This document shows, one piece after another, positions 14,930 through 28,559 of a DNA stretch of 64,000 bases (its first letter is position 1; each line of letters starts with the position of its first letter). Under the pieces are notes generated by a model. It searched no databases, was not told where the DNA came from, and was given only the letters and a program-made list of their open reading frames with translations. Source of the stretch: Octopus vulgaris (taxonomy: Eukaryota); contig OX597833.1 in the NCBI GenBank assembly GCA_951406725.2, positions 24,924,001 through 24,988,000 of the forward strand. Direction: 5' to 3'. A program made the position numbers and the translations under genes.

Positions 14930-15630
14930 TGGAGCGAGTTGGATAGAAGAGGCTGATTACATAAACCCCAGTATTTAACTGGTATTCATTTTTATCGATT
15001 CCTGAAAGACTGAATTAGTTGGACGAAGCCGACATCATTGTATTTAGAGTGTGAAGAGACTCGTTAAGTATTCAAATGTTTGAAAATCGAATCTCCAGGA
15101 ATTGTTCCAGCTCACGCGTACAATAAAAAATAGGCCCAAGGCTTGAAATTTGGAAGAAAGCTAATCAGTTACACCTCAGTACCCCAGTACGTCAAATGGT
15201 TCTTAATTCTGTTTCAAATTTTGGCACAAGGCCAGCAAATTGCGGATAGGGGGTAATACGCTTACATTGATCCCAGTGTTCAACTGGTACTTATTTTACT
15301 GGTACGTATTTTACTAGTAGTTATCTTACAGCGTCGACAGAATTTGAACGCAGAACATAAAAGTCCGGAAGAAATGCCATTCAGTATTTTTCCGGCTTAG
15401 TAACGATTCTTCCACCTCGCCGCCTTTTATAAAATGGTTTCAGATTTGGAACAAAGTCAGCAATGTTAAGTGGGGGATTAAGTCGATCACAATGCCCCAG
15501 TGCTCAACTGGTACTTATTTTCTCGACCCTGAAAGCATGCAATGCGAAGCTGACCTCGCGGGTATTTGAGCGTAAAGAGCCGGACGAAATACTGCCGCAC
15601 CAAAAATTCAACTAGCTCACCGCTTTTATC
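14930..15630 (-). repeat. Stack of SINE family C copies in the same orientation
   Basis: CCCAGT...AACTGGTACTTATTTT module repeated near 14967, 15183, 15272 and 15496. Confidence 0.65.
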
Positions 15631-16049
15631 ATTAAAAACAATAATGGCAATAATAAGAATACTAATCCCCTTATTAGTCACGGGGGGATTAAACATATTG
15701 TAGTAGAACTAGAGCGGGAAACAAAAGACAGTTGGACTTAGTGTCGAACAAAAAAAAATGTAAAGGTTTAACAAAATAAAATTTAAAAAAAGGTGTCCAG
15801 TGGAGAGAGGTACTCTTCCAGGAGCAATCGACGGCATTTACAGATCCAGTATTACGCTAAGAGCCCTTTCTTAGAGCTGTAACTGTTCGTTAGCGTTTCA
15901 ACTTAGAGGGTAAAATTAAGTTTAAAGAGATTAATTTTTATATAAGGCGCTACAGGCACAGCATGCACCGATTTGTTAGCACGCCGGGCAAAATGCTTAG
16001 CAACATTTTCCTCCATATTTAGATATATATATTATTTTACTCTTTTACT

Positions 16050-16430
16050 CTTTCACTTGTTTCAGTCATTTCGCTGTGGCCATGCTGGAGCACGGCTTTT
16101 AGTCGAGCAAATCGACCCCAGGACTTATTCTTTGTAAGCCTAGTACTTATTCTATCGGTGTCTTTTGCCGAACAGCTAAGTTACGGGGACGTAAACACTT
16201 AATCATCGGTTGTCAAGTGATGTTGGGTGGACAAACACAGACACACAATCACACACACATATATACATATACCTATATACGACGGCTTCCTTCGGTTTCC
16301 CTCTATCAAATCCACTCACAAGGCCTTGGTCAGCCCGAGGCTATAGTAGAAGACAATTGCCCAGTGGGACTGAACCCGGAACCATGTGGTTGGTAAGCAA
16401 GCTACTTACCACATAGCCACTCCTGCGCCT
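16050..16430 (-). mobile_element. SINE family M, near full length (uninterrupted reference for the 52991/57004 target site)
   Basis: Ends GGTTGGTAAGCAAGCTACTTACCACATAGCCACTCCTGCGCCT, the reverse complement of the tRNA-like head. Confidence 0.85.
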
Positions 16431-16559
16431 ATATATATATATATATAATATATGCATACACACAAATACACACACATATATATATATATAAATATATAAG
16501 TGTGTGTGCATGTGTAGGTGTGTATGTGTGCACTATGAAGATAATAAAACTAACATAGG

Positions 16560-17294
16560 ACGGGAATTATGATAATAATAACAGCGGGAATAATAGTAAT
16601 GGTGGTAATAATATTAAATATGATGATGAGGCCGAATACAACGCTATCGCCGATAATGATTATGATGGTGATGAAGATGGTAATGATGATGATGATGAAG
16701 GGCGTGCAAATAATAACGATGATGATACTGATAATGATGATGATGACGACGATGATGATGATGATGATGATGATGATGATAATGAAGAATAGCGTGCATA
16801 TAATTACAGGCAGAATATTTATGTTGTTGTTGTTGCTGCTGTTGCCGCTGTTGCTGCTGCTAATCATAATGGTGAAACGCATGCAAATAATTACGGTGAT
16901 AATGGTGATGTTGATGAAGATGATGATGACCTCGATTATGATGATGGTCATGAAAAGCGTGCTGATATTTATTATTTATGGTCATACTATTGTTGTTGAG
17001 GGTGATGATGATGATGATGATGATCATGATCATGATCAACATCATCATGGGGGGCTTAATTTAGATGAGAAAAAAAAGAAGAAAAACAACAAATTACAAC
17101 GGCGCTAAACTGGAGGCAGTCTTCTGTAATGTCTTTGACCTATAGTTTCAGCTGACGAAGTTGTCTGAAATACCCAAGAACGAGGCTGGCTTGATCTCAC
17201 CTTTCACATTAAGCACAACAGCACACTGTTTAAGATGGACATTTCAAAATGTCGAACAAAAACAGCAACAATACAATAACAAGGACAACGTTAT

Positions 17295-17377
<83 letters not shown>

Positions 17378-17747
17378 GTTCTTGGAGCAGCTGCAACAAC
17401 AGCATAAGTAACACAGGAACCATGGTGGTGATGATAATGATGATGATTATCATGATCATCTTCATGATTATCATGATCATTATCATAACCATGATCACCA
17501 CCACCACTATTCTTCATCATCATCAACATCATCATCACCAACATCATTTTTTACATTTATGTATTTGCTTTGCAAGACTCTTGATGTGAAATCGTCTGTT
17601 GAAGCACAGGTGCCATATATCAGGATGGTCATATTTTATCAATTAAACACTAAAGCACTATACTTTTGGTCTGTACTTCGCTTTATTATTATTATTATTA
17701 TTATCGTTATTATCATCATCATCATCATCATCATCATCATTATTATG

Positions 17748-17812
<65 letters not shown>

Positions 17813-17820
17813 CATTATTT
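16560..17820. repeat. Trinucleotide microsatellite cluster (GAT, TAC, CAT, ATT)
   Basis: Direct inspection; source of the poly-M/I/Y ORFs. Confidence 0.9.
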
Positions 17821-18114
17821 GTTCGTTTGACAACGTTGTCTCGTCACACAACTTGTGACTTCTTCAGCAACACTTTATGCCACGTGTCTCTCGTTCTACT
17901 CACATACATGCAGAATCAACAGATGCAATCGAGACAATCTCAAGAAATAAAACACTTCGTAGCGCTGAAATGATTGCACTTGCCCTTCGATATCTTTAAC
18001 GACGACCAAGTCACCAGGGTAAAGAGTGACTATGACGTTGAAGTCAAGTGAGCAGATATAGAGACAATAATTGAAGTACACAAATATAAACCTTGGGTTT
18101 AAATGTGCAAAATA

Positions 18115-18176
18115 TTTGTATATATATATACATGTATAAATATATATATGTATATATATGTATATATATGTATATG

Positions 18177-18272
<96 letters not shown>

Positions 18273-18273
18273 T

Positions 18274-18337
<64 letters not shown>
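18115..18337. repeat. (TA)n microsatellite
   Basis: Direct inspection; similar tracts at 20060-20225, 20455-20615, 50095-50470, 50972-51068. Confidence 0.95.
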
Positions 18338-18340
<3 letters not shown>

Positions 18341-19256
18341 CAATAGAGAAAACTTGCATGGATTACATAAACTCAAAGAGTTGGAGAGGAGAAAGTATGG
18401 TGTTACAAATCCGACAGCTGTTTCTGAGGGCTCTAAATTATTTCATAATGTTGGCAGATGTTCATCAAAAATTGGCAACCAGTAATGGAAGTAATTAAAC
18501 ATTGGTAAAATCTAGAGCCACCTCCATCAGGGTGGATAGGTAATAGTCAAACGTATCAGATCATTATGTAGAGAAATTTAGAAGGTAGAACAGGTATATT
18601 AGAAGACAGGGTAATTGTGGTGTGAGGAAGAAGTAGGTGGTTTGATGGGAACATGTGGAGTGCTGGAGCAAGGAAAGGGACAAGAGTTCAGAGAGTCAGA
18701 TCAATGTGATAGAAAGGTGAATGGACAGAGTATTGAGAGATTTTGTATTAGTAGTAGAAATGGAGAATTGGGAGATATATGGGAGGGGTAGTATGTGCTT
18801 GTATAGGAAGGCTAGTCAATGCTGTAAGCTTTATGAATAGATCTCTAAAATTTAGGACAGTAGTCAAAATAAGTAAAGGAAGTTGAGATAATGAGACAAA
18901 ATATGGGGAGCAAATATTAAGTGGAGGCAAGGGTCAATCATATTCTAGTTGGGTGACAAAGGAGGATATTTCAGGAATGAAGGTGGGTCGATGGTACAGA
19001 GTGAGCACTTATGTATGTAGAAGCGTATGAAAGTAAATATGAGAGAAGTGAATAGAGATGTAGCGATAGTGGTAGTAATTAGTGTTAAGTTGTTTTGGTT
19101 GAAGAAGCAAGGAGGAGATTGGGAGATGTGCTGGGCTGGAGGAAATTAGTAGAGATAATGCCAAGGAAGAATAATTAGTAGAAAGGTTTATGGTTCTAGT
19201 GTGATCAAGTTGTAACTTGAGGTTAATTGTAATTAACGATAATCGTAATTAGAGAA

Positions 19257-19735
19257 TCACATAGATTTCGCAAAATGGGCAAATGATGGGTAGTACTTAC
19301 GTTTACATGAAAGGATTACATCTGTGAATCTATTATGTAATGAGGAGTTATGTTTGCGAAAGATGGTGAGCGATTCCCTTAAACAAAGTTTAGAAAAGGC
19401 CAAGTTAATGTTGTAAGGGGGAACCTCACTGACAACGGACCAGGACAGTGTATACGGAATGTTTTGGGATTTGAAGTGGTGTATACAAGTTTCTAAAGAG
19501 GAAGATAATTTAGAAGTTGGGTTGAAGAAGGAGCTCATAGGTACTCAGTAGCGTCGCTTGAAATCAACAGCGCTGCCAATGTAGATCCTTGTTTGGTGGG
19601 AACATGGTGTTATTACTTGGTACTTGTAGACATTTTTCTGTAGAAAGATGCCTCCAAGAGGGTAAAGTTGAGATACCCGACAGATGCAGGTTTTCCTCCC
19701 TGCAGTGAGATTGGAATTGCTCACCATACATATCT
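19257..19735 (-). mobile_element. Penelope-like GIY-YIG pseudogene fragment
   Basis: TCICRVSQLYPLGGIFLQKNVYKYQV...RIYIGSAVDFKRRY, then SSFFNP..LSWSVVSEVPPYN..KLCLRESLTI; broken by stop or frameshift. Purine-rich 18600-19250 is a likely 3' region. Confidence 0.8.
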
Positions 19736-19738
19736 ATA

Positions 19739-20001
19739 CTGTTGTGTCTGGGGAGAGTCATTCTCTTTTAGTACCTTAAAATTTCCACTCACCGTTAAAA
19801 TTTCCACTTATTTCGTCTTTTTATTTTCCTAAACTTTTCGTTGCGTCTTGCAACCTTTTCAATAGGTTGCAAGACGCAACGAAAATTTTAAGAAAATAAA
19901 AAGACGAAATAAGTGGAAATTTTAACGGTGAGTATGTTTTAACGGTGAGTGTGTTAAATAATAAGGTACTAACAGAGAATGAATCTCCCCAGACACAACA
20001 G
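19739..20001. repeat. Inverted repeat, arms ~120/140 bp, 7-nt spacer
   Basis: 19787-19856 pairs with 19864-19933 with few mismatches; outer CTGTTGTGTCTGGGGAGA block pairs with 19984-20001 across an indel. Confidence 0.9.
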
Positions 20002-20058
20002 AATATGCTTCAACACATAAACTCATATAAAGAATTTTGTAAACCAAATCGAAAAACG

Positions 20059-20127
<69 letters not shown>

Positions 20128-20154
20128 TATGTATACATACACACACACACACAC

Positions 20155-20207
<53 letters not shown>

Positions 20208-20440
20208 CATATATATATATTATATGCTATTGGGGTTGGATGTATGTATGTATGCTACACCTCATTGGTATTTGATTGATCTTACAATGGAATCTGGATT
20301 TTAGTTTTTAAAATCCCTCTTCAGTCATTTTCTTTCCATGCTCATACGCTCATGTGCTTATGTATGGGCGTGTATATATACATCCCTATCTTCATATACA
20401 TACATACGTCTATATACATGGGATGTGTATACACGCCCAT

Positions 20441-20472
<32 letters not shown>

Positions 20473-20485
20473 TTATTATGCTTTG

Positions 20486-20553
<68 letters not shown>

Positions 20554-20560
20554 TATATGC

Positions 20561-20618
<58 letters not shown>

Positions 20619-21199
20619 ATGTATGGGTGGTTGGATGGGATAAGATGAAATGCGATATAATAAGCAAAATAGTTGCAATTGTAACATTATAGCATTTATG
20701 AACAATCACCATCACCTATACTGTAACCGCTACTATTATCTCGACAATTACTAACGCCACCCCAAAAACCATACACCTCCACCGACAAAACCAGCAGCAG
20801 CGCGAAAACCGCCACCACCACCACCACTATTACCACAATTTACGCTGACACCGCTGCCAGCACCAGCACCACCACCGATGCTGTCGCCGCCACACCTGCA
20901 CCCTTACCTTTAATGCAAGCACTTTTACTGCAAGTAAAGCCGCCACCACTATTTCTACAACAACTGCAACAACAAATAAACACCACCGTCACAATAACTA
21001 CCACAACTCACACTAATACGATCCCAACTAGTGTTACAACTAGATCCACCACCACCACCACCACCACCAACATCGTCGTCGTCATCATCATCATCATAAC
21101 CACTACTACTACTGCTATCACTTCCGCTTTTACTGAAACTATCACTACAACCACCACCACCACCACCACCACCATCACAGTCATCACCTCCAGCACCCT

Positions 21200-21250
<51 letters not shown>

Positions 21251-21904
21251 ACAGCAACAACACCGGTGTTATTATTTTTATAAACCTGCACAAGAAGCGT
21301 CCACATTACATCCATGCTTCCGCATCTCCAGCATCCACACCACCAGTCAGTCAATCATATCATCATCAGTCGTTATTTACCGTGTGCAAACCACCACACA
21401 TGGATCGCATCCAGTAACTGCTGCAACACAAGATCGACTCTCATCCTCTCTCACGCGCACTCTCTCATCCTCACAACGGTCTGTTATTTATCTATTAATT
21501 ATCTATTAATTACCACGGCACGTTAGAATTGTTGTTGTCATGGTTCTTGCGGTAGTTTATTTCTGTTTATTTTTTTTTATATCATCAAGAACCAAAGATA
21601 CGCCTGATATGACCTACCCAACTTATTTATAAATGTTATGTATCTTAAAAAATATATTATTTAGTGTTTTTCTTTTTTTGAATCTTTCATAAAACAATTC
21701 GTTGTAATTAGTGCTCGAGTATATTATAATTGTTGTTGATGCTGATGTTATTGACGTTGTTGATGTTGTCGATGCTGTTTATGTTTACTTATTATCGCTG
21801 AGTTCCTTTGTTGGCAGTTTTCTTCTTCTTCTTCTTCTTCTTCTTCTGTAACTATTACTCACAAGCCGCCACCACCACCGCTGCTGCTGCTGCTGCTGCT
21901 GCTG

Positions 21905-21946
<42 letters not shown>

Positions 21947-23357
21947 TATATCATATAAGGGACGCGTATAAACACTTTCTATAGACGAGCACAATACGTA
22001 CATGCATATTCACACACATATGCATGTGCGTGTGTGTGTATGCGTATATATGCATGTATAAACTCTCTACACTCATGTATATCGCATGTATATGCATATG
22101 TATACATATATATTGAATCACACACACACACACACACATACACACATACGCACGCGCACACACAGACACACACATATCCGGATGTATGAATTATATTCCA
22201 CCGGGATGTAAGCTTGTATATATTTATATGCCAACTCTAACAACGAAGTATAATATATATGTAAATGTTCATAAACGAAGGGAGTGTACTCTAATTGCAC
22301 TTTTGTCGTGCTGCATTCATTGAACAGAGAATGGGATAGAAAATAGAAAGCAAGAAAGAGAAATGAATGTTAATGTAAGAGAAAGGCATACTAGTAAAAG
22401 AAACTTCTGTTTCCTCTATTGTTTCCTTATCGTTAGATATTGATTTGTTGAAGCAATGATGTCCCTCTGATTCTATAATCAAATTATCGCATTGCAGTAT
22501 AAAATAGTAAGAGAACGTAAGAAGATAACGATGAGTAAAAGAAACTGAATATGTAGGAAAATAAAAGGATAGTATTAGTATCATATCTTAATCCCTTTGG
22601 CAGTAGTTTTGTCTTGAGTCCTTGCACTCATACAATCAGTTACTCAGTTTCTATGGCGCATAAACGGCCGAGGTGGAAGACGGTCACTCCAAATGGGAAG
22701 CCCATTCGTCGCTAGGTTAGTCATTTACAGATGAATAGACTAAGGCAATATGAAATAAATGGTATTTATTCAAGTAAGCAACGCAACGCCATTTCTGAGA
22801 ATCGAACCCATTATCTTATGTTCGTGAGTGCAAGACCCTAACCAATGGGCCAGTCGACTTTGCAACTACTGGAATATCATTAACACATTTTAGGAGGTAC
22901 GATTGTATTTGGGAGTATGAAGAAGTTAATTCTTTTATGAAATGTAATAATTCGGTACGGTTTTCTATGATCAATTGCTTGTCTGCGTGTGAAGCCTACA
23001 AAAAGTATTTGATAACGTTTACACACGTGTTTTATTTAAATCTTTATTTAATGATAAGTCGTATATTATCATTTTTTCAAGTACCATATACGCTAAGGAA
23101 AAATGCATTCATTTTCGTTTGGTATATTTCAAATGTGTAAGCAGGCTGATGAGATCTGCCTTTAAACATCGGTTCTCCGGCCCTTTATTCCCCAAACCTT
23201 TCCAGATAACTGATTTTCCAAGCCAGGGATGGTCACCTTGGCCAACATTAAATTAAACGAATTTCGAATTTACTTAAATAATTAGATAAAATTCAATTAG
23301 GATAAATAAACCAAGATACCAGCAAACTAGTTTGTCGGCTGCTGCAATTTGGGGTGT

Positions 23358-23745
23358 GGAGGCGCAATGGCCCAGTGGTTAGGGCAGCGGACTCGAGGTC
23401 GTAGGATCGCGGTTTCGATTCCCAGACCGGGCGTTGTGAGTGTTTATTGAGCGAAAACACCTAAAGCTCCACGAGTATTCGGCAGGGATGGTGGTGATCC
23501 CTGCTGTACTCTTTCACCCCAACTTTCTCTCACTCTTACTTCCTATTTCTGTTGTACCTGTATTTTAAAGGGCCGACCTTGTCACTCTCTGTGTCACGCT
23601 GAATATCCCCGAGAACTACGTTAAGGGTACACGTGTCTGTGGAGTGCTCAGCCACTTACACGTTAATTTCACGAGCAGGCTGTTCCGTTGATCGGATCAA
23701 CCGGAACCCTCGTCGTCGTAACCGACGGAGTGCTTCCAACAAAAA
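23358..23745 (+). mobile_element. tRNA-derived SINE, head A + tail Y, with probable TSD
   Basis: GGAGGCGCAATGGCCCAGTGGTTAGG...GGTTTCGATTCCC; flanks CAATTTGGGGT (23345) and CAATTTGAGGT (23746). Confidence 0.85.
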
Positions 23746-24084
23746 CAATTTGAGGTTTCTGGTCAAATATCAGTGCAGACCATCAGTGTTCAGAAAGTCC
23801 GTGTTCTACTTTTATTTCATACTATTTCGCTTTATATTTGATGCCGCTGCTACAATCGTACGTATTTTATTGGGCAGCTTCCGCAAACTGGACATACCGA
23901 TTGCGAATGGCATTTACAGATCTGTGAGCTGGTAGCTGTATTCAGAAGATCCAAGTTTTTCTATATTCAAAACCATTATTATTCGTCGAATTTCCTAATT
24001 ATATAGATATTAATTATAAACGAAGAGATGTTAAATAATTTTTCTATACTTATGTCTTTGTTATATATATATTCTTTCTTCTTT

Positions 24085-24379
24085 TGTTCCTTCTCGAGCC
24101 ACGCTTGGGTCATAAGGGCCGGTTTCCCGGTTTCCTTGGTTTATAGGTTCCCTACCTGGACGGGACGCCGGTCCGTCGCAGGTCAGCTGCTAGATGCAGG
24201 AGGAAAGAGTGTGAGAAAGTTGTGGCGAAAGAGTCAGCAGAAGTTCGCTATTACCTTCTGCCGGAGCCGCGTGGAGCTTAGGTGTTTTGCTCATAAATAC
24301 ACACATCGCCCGGTCTGAGATTCGAATCCGCGATCCCACGACTGCGAGTCCGCTGCTCTAACCCCTAGGCCATGTGCCT

Positions 24380-24381
<2 letters not shown>
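24085..24381 (-). mobile_element. tRNA-derived SINE, head A + tail X
   Basis: Reverse-complement homolog of 13281-13577. Confidence 0.85.
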
Positions 24382-24429
<48 letters not shown>

Positions 24430-25055
24430 GTATAGGTTTCAAATTTTTGACAAGGCTAGTAATTTCAGGGGAGGGATAAAAGTTGATTATATCAATACAA
24501 GTGTTCAACTGGTACTTATTTTATCGATTCCAAAAGGACGGAAAGCCAAATGGACATCGGAGGAATTTGAACTCAAAGCGTAAAGACGGAGAAAATGCCG
24601 CTAAGCATTTTGCCCCGTGTGCAAACGATTCTGCCAACTTGCCATTTTCTGTGTTATATTTATTGAAATGGAGAATTATATGACATTGTCTTTCTGCTTC
24701 TATGTTTCCTATTCAGCTTTGTTGTTTTTTCTGTATTCAATGGCTTCTAAACGGCATCAAATAGCAGATAATTACTGTATATACAGCTTTTCTGTTGAAA
24801 GATAATCAATTTGTAGTACAGAAATGCTGAAAATCACATGTATATGTTACATGTCTAAGAAATATACGATATTTCGTTTCAATTATTAATAAAGATTATA
24901 ATTAATTAATAATTCTAACATACGTCAAAAATTAACCAATATGTACGTTGAATGGCGAATCTATCGCTAGTAATATAAATTGAAAAATATTTTGGTTATC
25001 ATTTAATATATTATAGATATTAGGTTCAAGTATGCATATTTTTTTTTACATAAAA

Positions 25056-25119
25056 CGTATTTAATAACATGTTATATACATACATACATACATACATACA
25101 TACATACATACATACACAG

Positions 25120-25197
<78 letters not shown>

Positions 25198-25210
25198 ATA
25201 TACATATATA
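25056..25210. repeat. (CATA)n + (TCTA)n microsatellite
   Basis: Direct inspection. Confidence 0.95.
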
Positions 25211-25469
25211 TTGAATCATCCGATAAATAATGCGGTTTTTTCAATTGCGTGAAATAAAAGTCGGAGGGGAGCGGGAAAAACTAACTACGTGAATTTGCTA
25301 TAAAACAGGTAGTAATTTTACCTTGTACTTATTATTAGTGTAAGTCTTGAATAGTGCAGTTTTTTTTTAACGGGAGAGTATATTTTAGATTAAAAAAGAA
25401 CCTTGTTTATCTTAATTTTGTAAAATAAAAGTAGTATAAAAAGACTGCATTATTTATGGGTTAACCCAA
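25211..25469 (+). mobile_element. Mariner-derived MITE (internal deletion of the family at 36901)
   Basis: TA flanks, TIRs TTGAATCATCCGATAAATAATGCGG / CTGCATTATTTATGGGTTAACCCAA; left ~155 bp and right ~95 bp match the ends of 36901-38152. Confidence 0.85.
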
Positions 25470-25490
25470 TATATGGTGGTTGTCTACTCC

Positions 25491-26512
25491 TTATGTAGAG
25501 TTTGACCACCTCCTGTACCTACACCATAGCACCATCATGGCAGCTAATGTGGCTTTTTCAGCCAGACATTGTTCTGAAAAAACACCACATAGATTGCACA
25601 TCCGATCTGGACCACCAAGAGCTGCAGATAAGTTCTGATCTTTGTAGATTTTTAAATGCCTTTTCAGGCCTTCGTTAGATTTGCAAACTTTCTGGCATAC
25701 ACTGCATTTAAAGGTTTGCACAAACATATAGGCAAAATAATTGGTGCAGGTTCATTTTCCATGGGTTCCCAAATGAGATTTGAACCCAACAAAAATAAAA
25801 GGCATGGTCTGTCACAAACTGTACACACAAAAAAGTCATTTTCATTCACCTTCTCGATCATCACATTCTTCCTTAGATCTCTTTTGAGCCTTACATGCGT
25901 TATCCTGGCCTCTTCAAATGCTTTCACTCCACTCCACACTCCACACTCGCCATCCAACTCGATCCGAAACAAGAGTTTCTATGTCTACTGGATCCACTCC
26001 AGTGACTTCATAGTAGTCCTTATGCTGACCTTAAACCTTTTTTTTAGTTTTACGCCTATAGCATTTCTCCTTTGCAAGCTCACCATAAAACAGCTGTTTC
26101 GGCATGAGTTCATCCGCCAATCGAACAATATGGCAATACCCTCTCATTTGGTTCCTTAAAATCATAGCTTTAATTAAGGTGATACCCGCAGGTGCAAGGA
26201 CATCTGTGTTTGGAGTAAAAGAATTCAATTTAATGTTCCAAATGCGATGAAGGAATATTTGGTGGAATTGTTCTAACAATTTAAAGTGCCTTTCATAACA
26301 AGTCCATGTTCCACAAGAATACAACAGGGAAGGTAAGACAAATGATTTGTAAAGAGCCAATTTTGTATTCTTATTTATATGTCGCTGGCACCAAACGCGT
26401 AACCAAATGCTTTTGCTGCCCTTTGAATTCGCAGCTGTATTTCTATATCAAGATTTCCCTCATTCTGTACAGAGCTTCCAAGGTACATTAACGAATCGAC
26501 AACCTCAAGTAA
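25491..26512 (-). mobile_element. RTE-clade LINE 3' part (RT end plus C-terminal C2H2-like fingers), pseudogenised
   Basis: YLGSSVQNEGNLDIEIQLRIQRAAKAFG; YKSFVLPSLLYSCGTWT..LEQFHQ; MPKQLFYGEL; FKCSVCQKVCKSNEGLKRH. Confidence 0.85.
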
Positions 26513-26513
26513 C

Positions 26514-26566
<53 letters not shown>

Positions 26567-26741
26567 CAAATTGAGATAGGGGTTGTAAATGCAACCCTCC
26601 ATGGAATAACATATATCCAATATACTGCTAGTGAAGTACCCAACAAAGTTAATACATAAATGTTAAGAATTGCGATGCAATTAATTCATTTACTGTATTA
26701 TATGGGCAAAGGTAAAATGTTTTACCACAAATTCATAATAA

Positions 26742-27205
26742 AAAATAAGAAAATGGAGAAATACATCCAAATCAAATATCAACTACCAGATAATACCCAA
26801 TCACAATTTATTAAACCACTACATAAGAAACTTTAAGTCAAACATAATAATATAGAACAAAACAGTGTACATAAAGGAGTGTACATAAAGGAGTAATATG
26901 ATACAATAAGTACGATATGTATAAGAGAATATAAATATAAATAAATGTAAATATAAATATAAACTACATCTAGTATGTAGTTTATATTTATATTTACATT
27001 TATTTGTATTTATATTCTCTTATACATATCGTACTTATTGTATCATATTACTCCTTTATGTACACTCCTTTATGTACACTGTTTTGTTCTATATTATTAT
27101 GTTTGAACTTAAAGTTTCTTATGTAGTGGTTTAATAAAGTATGTGATTGGGTATTATCTGGTAGCTGATATTTGATTTGGATGTATTTCTCCATTTTCTT
27201 ATTTT
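26742..27205. repeat. Long near-perfect inverted repeat, arms ~230 bp, 5-nt spacer CTAGT
   Basis: 26742-26969 is the reverse complement of 26975-27205 with a handful of differences, including the duplicated GTGTACATAAAGGA in both arms. Confidence 0.95.
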
Positions 27206-27499
27206 GTATATATATATACATACACAGATACATGTATATGTATATGTATATGTATACACACACATGCACACATAAATATATTTTCTTATATGTTTCAGTC
27301 ATTTGACCGCCTCAAAGGAATCGACCCCACGACTTATTTTTTTCTAAGTCTAGTACTCCATCTAACGGCCACGTCTTTCGAGCCGCTAAATTGAGGGGAT
27401 ATAAACACACTAACTTCGGTTGTCAAGCAATGGCAGGGAGGGGTACAATCACACAAACACACACACGCACCCACACACACATAAACATATACATACATT

Positions 27500-28142
27500 T
27501 GGTGGTGCTTGTCCGATTCGCCTCTTGATCTCAGTGTCCAGGCAGAGGTCCTCAGCGATTGTAGAGCCGAGATAGGTGAATTGATGGACTACCTTCAGCT
27601 TATAGTTGTTGATGGTGATGGTGGGAGCGTGCTTCACACTTTGACCTACTACCTTGGTATTCTTCAGACTCATAGTCAGCCAGAATGCCTGAGAGGCCTT
27701 TGAAAATTTGTCCATGAGGTGCTGCATTTGTTTTTAGAGTGCGCTGTCGGTGCTGCAACGTCTGCGAACAGTATTTCTCTGACGAGTACCTGACGCACCT
27801 TGAATTTTGCCTTCAGCCGCGACAGACTAAATAGATTACTGCTTGATCTGATATCCCAAATGCATATTTCAGCATGACTGCAAAACTGATGACAAATAGG
27901 TTGGGGGCAAACACATGGATTTGTTTCACGCCGCTACGTATTTTGAATGCCACCGAAAAAGAGCCATCAAATTGAAAGACACCCTTCATGTCTGTGTGAT
28001 ATGATTGATAAATCCTGAGTAGTCTTCGAGAACAGTGATAAAGCTGATAAAGAGTGGTTGTCTTTGTTCTCAGCACTTTTCCTGAAGCTTTCGGAGAGAG
28101 AAGATCATGTTGATGGTGAAGCGTTTTGCTCTGAAACGACAC
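27500..28142 (-). mobile_element. RTE-clade LINE reverse transcriptase fragment (a different copy from 25491)
   Basis: FKIRSGVKQIHVFAPNLF, ILFADVAA, MSLKNTKVV, VVHQFTYLGSTI..LDTEIKRRIGQA. Covers the same protein segment as 26375-26512, so it is a separate element. Confidence 0.85.
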
Positions 28143-28202
28143 TGAGATTCGGGGTATACCCTCTTAGCGATTTTCTATAGCCTATTTAGGGCAAAGACAT
28201 TC

Positions 28203-28264
<62 letters not shown>

Positions 28265-28497
28265 AATGCATACCTGAATATAGTGATAAATAGATACATA
28301 GATATAGGGGGGTTTCCTTCCATTACCAAATCAACTCAGAATGCTTTGATCGGCTCGGGGCTATATTAGAAGACACTTGCCCAAGGTGTAACGCAGTGAG
28401 ACACATCCTGGGACTATGTGATTGGGAAGCAAACTTACCACACAATAAACGTTTCTGCATCTGTTACAATATATATATATATATGTATGTACATACT

Positions 28498-28559
<62 letters not shown>

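Noticed and set aside
17898-18100. Minus-strand exon ending ATGTAT|GTGAGT; also a 37-nt exon-like segment near 30260-30296
   Set aside because: Splice-like motifs alone, with no recognisable protein or compatible frame; expected by chance in 64 kb.
21541-21596. Hairpin TGGTTCTTG/CAAGAACCA as a pre-miRNA
   Set aside because: Only a short stem around a T-rich loop; no recognised mature miRNA.
23358-23435. tRNA gene (also at 13281, 34295, 58250)
   Set aside because: A/B boxes are SINE heads followed by body, tail and TSD; no complete cloverleaf seen.
25491-25972. C2H2-like motifs suggesting a host zinc-finger gene
   Set aside because: Contiguous with RTE RT sequence, frameshifted, and no TGEKP linkers; these are the LINE C-terminus.
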